From positions 1 to 54,551 of IMG/VR virus record IMGVR_UViG_3300027754_004594: DNA of 54,551 nucleotides, one strand, 5' to 3'. The first letter of the stretch is position 1, and each line of letters opens with the position of its first letter. This document shows positions 30,796 through 38,126 of this stretch, piece after piece. A program made the translations under genes and the position numbers. The stretch is from a virus. Lineage: Duplodnaviria > Caudoviricetes. Under the pieces are notes generated by a model. That model had not been told where the DNA came from. It made no database searches and was given only the letters and a program-made list of their open reading frames with translations.

Positions 30796-31413
30796 TCAAA
30801 CTAAATCGAAAGAATTTTTGCTTTGCATCTTTGTTTTTAAGAAAACTCTTGCTTTTTCGTGCAAATTGATAGCGGTTTGAGTGCTCATGTTTAGCTTTTT
30901 TGCAATGACTCCCCAAGTTGTCAGCTTCTCATTGTCGGAAAAGTATCTTAGTTTATAAACCTCGCACACTCTATTGTCTTTAAATAACAAAAGTAAAGAT
31001 TTTAAATAATCAATTAAATCATTATCTTTATCTACAGGCGAAGCTACGTCCTTGATGTTTAAAAAGTCTATAGTCTTTTCGTCTGCCCTGATATACTTCT
31101 TATTAGAATTAATGTAATTAAGAAAATGATATCTGGCGCAATTACAAAACCAAGTAGAAAATTTTGTATCTCTATTTGAATCGAACGAACTGACTGCTTT
31201 ATATAAGATAAAGTCTTTTTCTAACTTAATATCTTCTCTACTCATCCCCATTTTCATGAGTGTGTAGACGTATTTTTTAGCAATAGAAAAGTAAAAATTA
31301 TCATAACCACTAGATAGTTCTTTAAAACTGTCACTACAGTTATCGCTTTTAATCTTTTTGACTATTGCCAAATCCTTATCCTTAACCTTACTAACACATT
31401 TGCCTTTTTTCAT
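30796..31413 (-). CDS. Phage sigma70-family sigma factor
   Basis: Region 2-like KAVSSFDSNRDTKFSTWF; region 4-like HTH TWGVIAKKLNMSTQT. Confidence 0.8.
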   Translation of the reverse strand: MKKGKCVSKVKDKDLAIVKKIKSDNCSDSFKELSSGYDNFYFSIAKKYVYTLMKMGMSREDIKLEKDFILYKAVSSFDSNRDTKFSTWFCNCARYHFLNYINSNKKYIRADEKTIDFLNIKDVASPVDKDNDLIDYLKSLLLLFKDNRVCEVYKLRYFSDNEKLTTWGVIAKKLNMSTQTAINLHEKARVFLKTKMQSKNSFDLV

Positions 31414-31599
31414 AACCCTTTGAGTCTAAGCTTACGAAGCTTTGTGACTCTAAAATCTATTACACATTTAATCTTGAAATTGTGCAAAAACAATATGAGT
31501 TTAATTATTGGATAATCAAGTATTATGTTTTCTAATACAATTAAGATGCCGGAATTATCTTAATTAATGAAATTCCCTGTATTTAAACAAAACTTTGTT

Positions 31600-31684
31600 T
31601 TTCGTTAGGGTTCCGTCTTTTAGAAAAATGAAGGTTCAGTAAGTTTCGACATTTTTCCAAAATAAAGTTTCGTTAAGGTTCCGT
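31600..31684. repeat. Two 17-nt direct repeats TTTCGTTA(G/A)GGTTCCGT
   Basis: 31600-31616 and 31668-31684, 16/17 identical. Confidence 0.85.
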
Positions 31685-31717
31685 ATAATTTTGCGGAAAG
31701 AATCTTTTAGATTTAAG

Positions 31718-32222
31718 AAGGGAGACTGAGCTTTTGTTGTCAATCTCTTGCAAGCTTACTACATCCTTTTGAGTTGAATCTAGAAATATAGCAGGTCAAT
31801 TGGAGACTTTAACTCCATTTTTGCTTTCGCACGATCTCGCAACACCTACGTTAGTCTTTGCATCTCCGGCTTTAGCAAGTCCGTTTAGCTAGTAACTGTT
31901 GCAGTCTATTTACCGATTACCTATCTGACTGGGTGACTTATTTCACTGTGATCTGCCAAGTTTTTACTTTTTATCCTTTTTGAGAGTAATCGTAGTTTCT
32001 TTTGCAGCCGATCCACTTTACCTATTTCAGGTTCTGTTTCTTGGTATAGATGCCCATGTTTCAGGACGCCGCTTCTTCCGACAAAAACGTTGGACTTCAG
32101 AAGTCTCTGCATCTACAGTCTTTTAACGGACTTATTGTGTCTAATGTTTAAAATAAATATGTTTAGTATTTAAGTAACCGCGATATACGGTCCAGCTATC
32201 TCCCATTTGGTAATGTTTAACT
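31718..32222 (-). ncRNA. Candidate large structured ncRNA, ~490 nt (GOLLD/ROOL-like size class; family unassigned)
   Basis: Upstream TTGACA promoter; terminal pairing GGGAGA/UCUCCC; several 5-9 bp long-range helices; GAAA and UGAAA loops; no credible ORF. Confidence 0.65.
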
Positions 32223-32228
32223 TTAAAT

Positions 32229-32258
32229 AGTCTTAGCTCGGAAGGGTAGAAATGTCAA
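32229..32258 (-). promoter_or_regulatory. Sigma70-like promoter for the candidate ncRNA
   Basis: TTGACA-N18-AAGACT (or N17-TAAGAC). Confidence 0.55.
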
Positions 32259-32259
32259 A

Positions 32260-32667
32260 TTATTCTTTTAAAGATTTTGGATCAACCTTAGAAGCAAGAA
32301 AAATTAAATTTTTTAAATCTTTTTCCGTGATGCCCCTGCTATTACACTTATCATCTTCATTGTTGAGAGTCTCGCACGCGGAATTAATAACGCTTGCGAT
32401 CCCAGCGGCGGTCACGCTATTGATTTCTAACGTCTGAGAAAAAGTCGTCAAGGGCTTGAAAAGCGTCCAATACATTTGACCGTCGATAATGCAAGACCTT
32501 AAAAACCCTGAGATTTCCATTTCCTTGAGAGCGCACGTTAAAGACGCATCCTCTGCCGGTTCATTTTCTGATACTAAAATTACCTCTTTTCTATTCTTTT
32601 TTAAATTAAAAGAAGTGTGGGTGAAAAAGTATTCATCCAATAATCCGTAAGAGTCTAAAATTGTCAT
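32260..32667 (-). CDS. Hypothetical protein (likely start MTILDS at 32667)
   Basis: ORF; TTGACA-N17-AACATT ends 7 nt before this ATG. Confidence 0.65.
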   Translation of the reverse strand: MTILDSYGLLDEYFFTHTSFNLKKNRKEVILVSENEPAEDASLTCALKEMEISGFLRSCIIDGQMYWTLFKPLTTFSQTLEINSVTAAGIASVINSACETLNNEDDKCNSRGITEKDLKNLIFLASKVDPKSLKE

Positions 32668-32674
32668 TCTTTTT

Positions 32675-32740
32675 AATGTTAGCCTTGAATATAAAAATGT
32701 CAAATCTACTCTTGACTTTCTTATTGTTAGGCATCATCCT
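32675..32740. promoter_or_regulatory. Back-to-back divergent sigma70-like promoters
   Basis: Minus: TTGACA(32703-32698)-N17-AACATT; plus: TTGACT(32712)-N17-CATCCT. Confidence 0.55.
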
Positions 32741-32745
32741 GAGAC

Positions 32746-33102
32746 GTGAGCCTTGAGACATTCTTAAACAGCGCGTCAATTGCCGCCGGCTGTGCGGCAT
32801 TTTCTTTTCTGCTTTACAAAACGGACTTCATCGCGGAATACGCAAGACTATTTAAACTTAATCGTTTATTTAAAATAGAAGAGTATTATTGTGAAAAAAT
32901 TCTCAACGATGAAGATTTTTCTTACTTTGATTTCTTAAATAAAAGATATCACAATTTCCTATCTAAATTGGCTTCTTGCCCTTACTGCCTTGGATTTTGG
33001 CTTTGTATTATTTTCAATAGCTTTGAATTAAAAGCTTTGTTTTCTTATTATGTATATATCGTAGCGTATAAACTAATAACTATTAAAATAAAATGGAACT
33101 AG
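32746..33102 (+). CDS. Membrane protein, DUF1360-like
   Basis: KLASCPYCLGFW plus hydrophobic segments. Confidence 0.6.
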   Translation: MSLETFLNSASIAAGCAAFSFLLYKTDFIAEYARLFKLNRLFKIEEYYCEKILNDEDFSYFDFLNKRYHNFLSKLASCPYCLGFWLCIIFNSFELKALFSYYVYIVAYKLITIKIKWN

Positions 33103-33398
33103 AAATAAAAGGATTTATTGAATTTTGTAAGGCTTTGTCAAAGCATCCCGATCTCATAATTAAAACACCAAGCCTTCCAGATGTTATAATATTTTGTCAT
33201 TCTTCAATTGGTAATTGTAATTGCGGCAACAAAGAACTCTCAAAAAGAGTTGAATTTGAAAAAACATTTCACGAAAAGATGACAAAATTACCCCCAGAAG
33301 TATTAAAAGAACTCGGAACAGCATTTGATCCTGAGAATACTTATGAAATTATTAACGTGTCTTTCCCTGAAAATGAAGGTTTAGTTAAACTTAAATAG
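33093..33398 (+). CDS. Hypothetical protein
   Basis: Overlaps the upstream stop; contains CNCG. Confidence 0.6.
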   Translation: MELEIKGFIEFCKALSKHPDLIIKTPSLPDVIIFCHSSIGNCNCGNKELSKRVEFEKTFHEKMTKLPPEVLKELGTAFDPENTYEIINVSFPENEGLVKLK

Positions 33399-33405
33399 AA
33401 AAAAT

Positions 33406-33528
33406 ATGTTATTTGAGCAAATGGAATTTGATTTTATGTTGGCTCAGTCGCCAAAAGACGCAATTCCGTCGAGATTTGAGCAAATGGAGTTTGATTTTGA
33501 GGCTCCCGCTTTAGAATCTGTCGGCTAA
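33406..33528 (+). CDS. 40-aa peptide with two FEQMEFDF repeats (sliding-clamp-binding-motif-like)
   Basis: Manual translation MLFEQMEFDFMLAQSPKDAIPSRFEQMEFDFEAPALESVG; fills the gap between two genes; the repeat copies differ only by a synonymous change. Confidence 0.75.
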   Translation: MLFEQMEFDFMLAQSPKDAIPSRFEQMEFDFEAPALESVG

Positions 33529-33532
33529 GCGT

Positions 33533-34534
33533 ATGCAAAAAGCGAAACTAGAGCCCGTTCAGTTATCGCTGGTTTCTCTATTCGCTGGGGCAGGCGGCAT
33601 GGATATCGGATTTGAAAAAGCTGGCTTCAAAACGGTATGGGCAAATGAATATGACCCAACCATTTCTCCCTCATATCAAAAATACTTTCCGAATACCCAG
33701 TTTGATGGGCGTTCAATCCGTAACATTCCAGATAGCGATTTGCCTGAAACAGTTACTGGCGTCATCGGTGGACCCCCGTGTCAATCGTGGTCAGAAGCAG
33801 GGGCAAGGCGTGGCATTGCTGATCCTAGAGGTGAATTATTTTTTGAATACTTGAGAATAATTAAAATTACTAAACCAAAATTCTTTGTTGCTGAAAATGT
33901 TCATGGCTTAATTCATTCACGTAACATAGAATCGTTTAAACAAATAATAAAATTGTTTGAAAAAGAAAAGTATGTTGTTAGTTGGAAGTTGTTAAAAGCC
34001 AGTGATTACGGCGTGCCGCAGGATAGAGAGCGAGTGTTTATAGTTGGCTATCATCAATCATTAAATAAAACTTTTAAATTCCCTGCCCCGCTTAAAACCA
34101 AAAAAACCTTGCGCGACGCCATTGGAGACTTGGCTGAGCTGGAAATCGGGTCAACTAAAAAGGTTAAAAACCATGAGTTTATGGATAGCGGGTATTCTCC
34201 CATATTCCTCTCACGCAATCGCGTGAGGAGTTGGGACGAGCAGTCCTATACAATACTGGCTACAGATAGGCACATACCATTCCACCCCCAAGCTCCTAAA
34301 ATGGTGAAGGTGGCAGGTAAAGAGTTGCGAGAATTTGCCAAAGGACACGAAAGCAAATACAGACGCCTAACTATCCGCGAGTGTGCGAGAATCCAAACTT
34401 TCCCTGATAACTATGAATTTGTTTACGCCCACATGCGTAATGCCTACAAGATGATAGGAAATGCTGTGCCTGTTGATTTAGCCTATTGGGTGGCAAAAAC
34501 GATTAAAGAAGACTTGTCAGGTGAGTTCTCTTAA
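33533..34534 (+). CDS. C5-cytosine DNA methyltransferase, M.HaeIII-like
   Basis: SLFAGAGG, GGPPCQSWS, AENV, QDRERVF, SRNRVR, RECARIQTFP, GNAVP. Confidence 0.93.
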   Translation: MQKAKLEPVQLSLVSLFAGAGGMDIGFEKAGFKTVWANEYDPTISPSYQKYFPNTQFDGRSIRNIPDSDLPETVTGVIGGPPCQSWSEAGARRGIADPRGELFFEYLRIIKITKPKFFVAENVHGLIHSRNIESFKQIIKLFEKEKYVVSWKLLKASDYGVPQDRERVFIVGYHQSLNKTFKFPAPLKTKKTLRDAIGDLAELEIGSTKKVKNHEFMDSGYSPIFLSRNRVRSWDEQSYTILATDRHIPFHPQAPKMVKVAGKELREFAKGHESKYRRLTIRECARIQTFPDNYEFVYAHMRNAYKMIGNAVPVDLAYWVAKTIKEDLSGEFS

Positions 34535-34538
34535 ATTA

Positions 34539-34546
34539 AGTGTAAT
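34539..34546 (+). promoter_or_regulatory. AGTGTAAT candidate late promoter
   Basis: 9 nt before ATG 34556; the motif recurs upstream of several starts. Confidence 0.6.
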
Positions 34547-34555
34547 TGAATTTAT

Positions 34556-34756
34556 ATGCCAATTCCTAAGCTAGATAAAGGTGAAGCTGAAAAAGATTTT
34601 ATGTCGAAATGCATGACTGATAACTCGATGCAAAAAGATTTTCCGAATCAAAACCAAAGAGTCGCCATCTGCATGAGCCAGCTCAAACGAAAAAAGTCCG
34701 AAGCTAGTGGTTTGGATTGGGAAGATGTGGCTGCCGAACCCTTTATAGTCTATTAA
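34556..34756 (+). CDS. Small phage protein (MPIPK...DFMSKCM...QRVAIC type)
   Basis: Pattern I recall from phage head-associated genes; preceded by AGTGTAAT. Confidence 0.7.
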   Translation: MPIPKLDKGEAEKDFMSKCMTDNSMQKDFPNQNQRVAICMSQLKRKKSEASGLDWEDVAAEPFIVY

Positions 34757-34777
34757 TAAATAACACACAAATACAAT

Positions 34778-36247
34778 ATGCCAAGTACAATACCATACGA
34801 TCCAACATTAGTAATGGGTAACCTAGTAGACCCAAAAGACATTGACAACTTAAAAGTTATTTCCGCTGCGGAAAGACCGGTTGACGTCGCTCAAGATACG
34901 TTAAATGATACTATCAGAGCAAAACAACAACTCCAAATGACGTATACTGAATTAGCAAATTTAGGATTGAGTCAAGCACAATTAACGGCACTTGACACGC
35001 AAATGACTGCTCTTAATACAACTTTGGGTCTAAATGCCGGTGATTATGCTAAAGCGGTATTAGACTCTCAAACGGCGATAGCTGCTGGCAAAAAAAACAT
35101 TGCTACACTTAGTGAACAACCAGAAAGTCCAGTTGATTGGAATAAGACAGAAATTAAGAAGATTGAATTGAGTTCAAACACAATGAATATGGATGTTCAA
35201 TACATTCGTAATGAAGATGAAGATGATGGAAGCAACGCTCATGCTGATAATGTCGCTGCGAGTGTTTCGGCAGCGGTAAGCTGTGTTTTCGGATTCAAAG
35301 CAGCTGCGAGTGTCGCAACCAATGTTACTAATACAACACTAGCAACTACATCAGCACATAATATTGTTGGAACTTTAGTTATTACCGCCGCTTGTACACA
35401 TAAGATGGCAACTGAATTAGCTCCTTTTATTTTGGATCCGGAAAAAGCAATTGATGCGTGGAATCAAACATATCCATCTGATATTATTCCCAGTGATCCC
35501 ACTGCAATGGCTGCATTAATCAATGTGGACACTAAGAATAAACTACATATATTGTCAGGTAAAACTATAGGAAGTTCTTTTGTTGGTCTGGTTCACTTCG
35601 AACAACATGAAAACACCAACTCTACCCAAAATTCGAATGCATCAACTAAAGCTGCAAATGCTTCATTTGAATATGGTGGATGGTTTGCGGATTATGAAGG
35701 TAAGTTTGGCGTTACCAAAGATGTTAGTGATAATGTTAAAAAAATGTTTAGCACAACAAATGTGACATCACATTGTTCTTTAATTACAATGGGAATTATT
35801 CCTAGTATTAAAAGCAATCTTATAAAAACAACGGTTAATACATTAAAACCAGATGCAAAAGAAGTGATGGGTCAATTGGCGGCTATTCAAGGTGCGACTG
35901 ATTCAACTGTTAAGACAATTGGATCTTCCGCATCTGACGCTAAAGTTGGTAGTCAATACATCGAATTAAACAATAGTTATATAAGCAATGTCGTTTCTAA
36001 CTTGGGGGTTATTGAAAATAATAATAATCAAGTCATTGATACCAATTCTTTAATGACTGCTTTTGATGACTATGTTCAACAAGCAACCAAAGGTGAGGAT
36101 GGAGTCCCAATCAACTTCTTCATACGAGAAATTACTAAATCTGCGATTGCTAAAGCGTGGATGAAGAAATTCAATCCAAGAGCAAATTGGCAATTTTCTT
36201 CAGGCGACGACAGTGAAACAGGCACTGATAAACCTAAGTCTGCTTAA
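34778..36247 (+). CDS. Hypothetical 489-aa protein (N-terminal coiled coil, Ser/Thr/Ala-rich core)
   Basis: Long ORF followed by a terminator. Confidence 0.85.
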   Translation: MPSTIPYDPTLVMGNLVDPKDIDNLKVISAAERPVDVAQDTLNDTIRAKQQLQMTYTELANLGLSQAQLTALDTQMTALNTTLGLNAGDYAKAVLDSQTAIAAGKKNIATLSEQPESPVDWNKTEIKKIELSSNTMNMDVQYIRNEDEDDGSNAHADNVAASVSAAVSCVFGFKAAASVATNVTNTTLATTSAHNIVGTLVITAACTHKMATELAPFILDPEKAIDAWNQTYPSDIIPSDPTAMAALINVDTKNKLHILSGKTIGSSFVGLVHFEQHENTNSTQNSNASTKAANASFEYGGWFADYEGKFGVTKDVSDNVKKMFSTTNVTSHCSLITMGIIPSIKSNLIKTTVNTLKPDAKEVMGQLAAIQGATDSTVKTIGSSASDAKVGSQYIELNNSYISNVVSNLGVIENNNNQVIDTNSLMTAFDDYVQQATKGEDGVPINFFIREITKSAIAKAWMKKFNPRANWQFSSGDDSETGTDKPKSA

Positions 36248-36255
36248 TCTAAATT

Positions 36256-36295
36256 AATAAAAACCCCACTATTAATTTAGTGGGGTTTTATTTTT
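36256..36295 (+). terminator. Rho-independent terminator, potentially bidirectional
   Basis: AAAACCCCACTA-ttaatt-TAGTGGGGTTTT with flanking A and T tracts. Confidence 0.8.
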
Positions 36296-36315
36296 AATTA
36301 GTTAAATGTTTAAAT

Positions 36316-36337
36316 AAGCCCAGCTTTCGCTGGGTTT
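36316..36337 (-). terminator. Hairpin terminator
   Basis: Minus strand AAACCCAGC-GAAA-GCTGGGCTT downstream of the 36356..36553 ORF. Confidence 0.6.
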
Positions 36338-36355
36338 GTTTTTTTCTATTGAAGA

Positions 36356-36553
36356 TTAACCCCTTCGACCAGCGTTCCCAGAGTTGCTTATGCTGCCTGT
36401 GTTTCCTGTGTTTCCCACTACCTTAGGCTTGGTGGGCGGAGTCGTTTTCGACTTGCCTGTGTTGCCGGTTGATCCAGCGTTTCCGGCATTACCGGCGTTC
36501 CCCGCTGCCGGGCTCTTTGCCGCGTAGCGAACCTTAAGTTTTTGATTTCTCAT
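36356..36553 (-). CDS. Small basic protein with GNA/GNT tripeptide repeats
   Basis: GNAGNAGNAGSTGNTG...GNTGNTG...NSGNAG; codons vary while the amino-acid repeat is kept. Confidence 0.6.
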   Translation of the reverse strand: MRNQKLKVRYAAKSPAAGNAGNAGNAGSTGNTGKSKTTPPTKPKVVGNTGNTGSISNSGNAGRRG

Positions 36554-36670
36554 GTTTCTTATCTTAAGCCTTAGCTTTTAAATTTCCAAATAAAAACACA
36601 AAAATAATCTTGACTCACAAGAGCTTGCTTCTCATCATCAATAAGTCTGTTGATTGATTTCGCCAAAAAT

Positions 36671-37288
36671 ATGAACAAAATAATAGGAATTTCCGGCTTA
36701 GCCGGAGACGGAAAAGATTCAGTATGTAATATTCTTGAAAAGTTTTTTAAAAAACATTCAGGATATTCTTTCCGAAGGATGGCTTTAGCTGACGAACTAA
36801 AGCTTGATAGCAGAGATGCTTTGATAGATATGTTTGGTATTGATGCTGTTAAGTGTTCAAGATTAGACAAAGAGAAGATTAGGCCATTCCTTGTATTTTA
36901 TGGTAAGTTATTAAGAATTAAATCTAAAGGACAGCATTGGACAAATATCCTCAATAAAAAACTCTCTGCATTTTATTCGGAAAAAAACATTTTTTGCATT
37001 CCAGACATCAGGTATGCAGAGTATTCTGAGGATGAAGCTCAATGGGTTAAGAGTCATTCTGGAGTAATCATTCACGTTAAGAAGTATTCCGTAGTGGAAG
37101 ACTTTCCTCCGAGGAGGGTTTATACTACTCCGGTTAATAGGGAGGAGCGAGAAAATGATCCTAGAATCCAAGAACTTGCAGATTATTCAATAGAGTGGCA
37201 GGACTCTAAATTGTCAAATCCCGAAGAAGATCCGAATTGTATCGCGGCAGTAGAAGTTGTTGCTAGAAAAATTCTTGAAACTATTTGA
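36671..37288 (+). CDS. Deoxynucleoside monophosphate kinase-like P-loop protein
   Basis: IGISGLAGDGKD, ALADELK, IPDIRY; likely start MNKIIG. Confidence 0.8.
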   Translation: MNKIIGISGLAGDGKDSVCNILEKFFKKHSGYSFRRMALADELKLDSRDALIDMFGIDAVKCSRLDKEKIRPFLVFYGKLLRIKSKGQHWTNILNKKLSAFYSEKNIFCIPDIRYAEYSEDEAQWVKSHSGVIIHVKKYSVVEDFPPRRVYTTPVNREERENDPRIQELADYSIEWQDSKLSNPEEDPNCIAAVEVVARKILETI

Positions 37289-37313
37289 CTTTTTTACAGT
37301 CACGACTTAAAAT
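37285..37313 (+). promoter_or_regulatory. Sigma70-like promoter
   Basis: TTGACT-N17-TAAAAT; ATG 8 nt downstream. Confidence 0.7.
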
Positions 37314-37321
37314 TAGTTGTA

Positions 37322-37537
37322 ATGAATAACACTGAATACACATTAAATGTTAGTGAGAGTCCTTCTGGGAAGCTTTCCGTTTCCCGAGTGAGCAAGTTGG
37401 TTAGACTGAATCAACATCGAGCCGACTACCGAGTTCTCGATGCGGAGACGTTTGGGTTTGCTGATCCTGCAAATCCCGCGACTCTAATTAAGCGAGCTGC
37501 TCGAAAGACTCGCCGCCTTCCGGTAGGCAAGAAGTAG
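37322..37537 (+). CDS. Small hypothetical protein with a basic C-terminus
   Basis: Has its own promoter and terminator. Confidence 0.7.
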   Translation: MNNTEYTLNVSESPSGKLSVSRVSKLVRLNQHRADYRVLDAETFGFADPANPATLIKRAARKTRRLPVGKK

Positions 37538-37545
37538 GGGATACT

Positions 37546-37579
37546 AGACGGGGAGGTTAGCCTCCCCGTCTTTTTTTTT
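37546..37579 (+). terminator. Rho-independent terminator
   Basis: AGACGGGGAGG-TTAG-CCTCCCCGTCT plus a T tract. Confidence 0.9.
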
Positions 37580-37584
37580 AACTT

Positions 37585-38088
37585 TTAACGATACAAGCCT
37601 CTAACAGAAGCGTATTGATCTAAGTAGAATCCCGCCACCGTATCATCCCCCACAACGTGAGTCGGGGCTGAATTTTTTGCCCTATAAGCGTTTATTAAAA
37701 AGTTCAAAGACGCTTCTTCTTCTTTCTTTTCTTGGCTTATTGTTTTTATTATTTGATTTTTATCTAATTTTCTAACTTTTGTATCTTGGTCTTGTATTTC
37801 TACTATTTCATCTGTGGCTATTGCTGAGATTTTTGATCTGATTATTACAGCATACCTATGAACCATATATAGCTTTTTTAAGACGGATACAGCATTTATG
37901 TCTATTTCTGTGTCTTCGTTATCTGAATCGACTATCTCGTAACTACTGTTTATTGCAAAATTTGAAAATAGTAAATTGTTTAAATGACCGATGTTCGCAC
38001 GGACCCAGTAGGCTATCGCAGCCACGCTAATGTCGCTAGGACTTCCAATCTCTGAAAAAATTTCGCTTGCACAATCTACTACTTTCAT
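37585..38088 (-). CDS. Hypothetical, possibly virion structural protein
   Basis: ORF preceded by AGTGTAAT (38096-38103); downstream of the tail-fibre cassette. Confidence 0.65.
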   Translation of the reverse strand: MKVVDCASEIFSEIGSPSDISVAAIAYWVRANIGHLNNLLFSNFAINSSYEIVDSDNEDTEIDINAVSVLKKLYMVHRYAVIIRSKISAIATDEIVEIQDQDTKVRKLDKNQIIKTISQEKKEEEASLNFLINAYRAKNSAPTHVVGDDTVAGFYLDQYASVRGLYR

Positions 38089-38126
38089 ATCTGTAATTAC
38101 ACTAGATTTTAGCTACTTGAAATTAA

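Noticed and set aside
31921-32112. 63-aa ORF on the minus strand
   Set aside because: No recognisable motif; it lies within the densely base-paired candidate ncRNA
31718-32222. tmRNA, RNase P RNA or group I/II intron
   Set aside because: No tRNA-like ends with CCA, no GAGGAAAGUCC, no recognisable intron core, and it does not interrupt a gene
33411-33498. Mini CRISPR array (25-nt repeats, 38-nt spacer)
   Set aside because: Only two copies, non-palindromic, in frame with one synonymous difference, and no cas genes; better explained as a coding repeat
33557-33583. Clamp-binding motif QLSL at the methyltransferase N-terminus
   Set aside because: It runs directly into the structural beta-strand of motif I (VSLFAG), so it is probably coincidental
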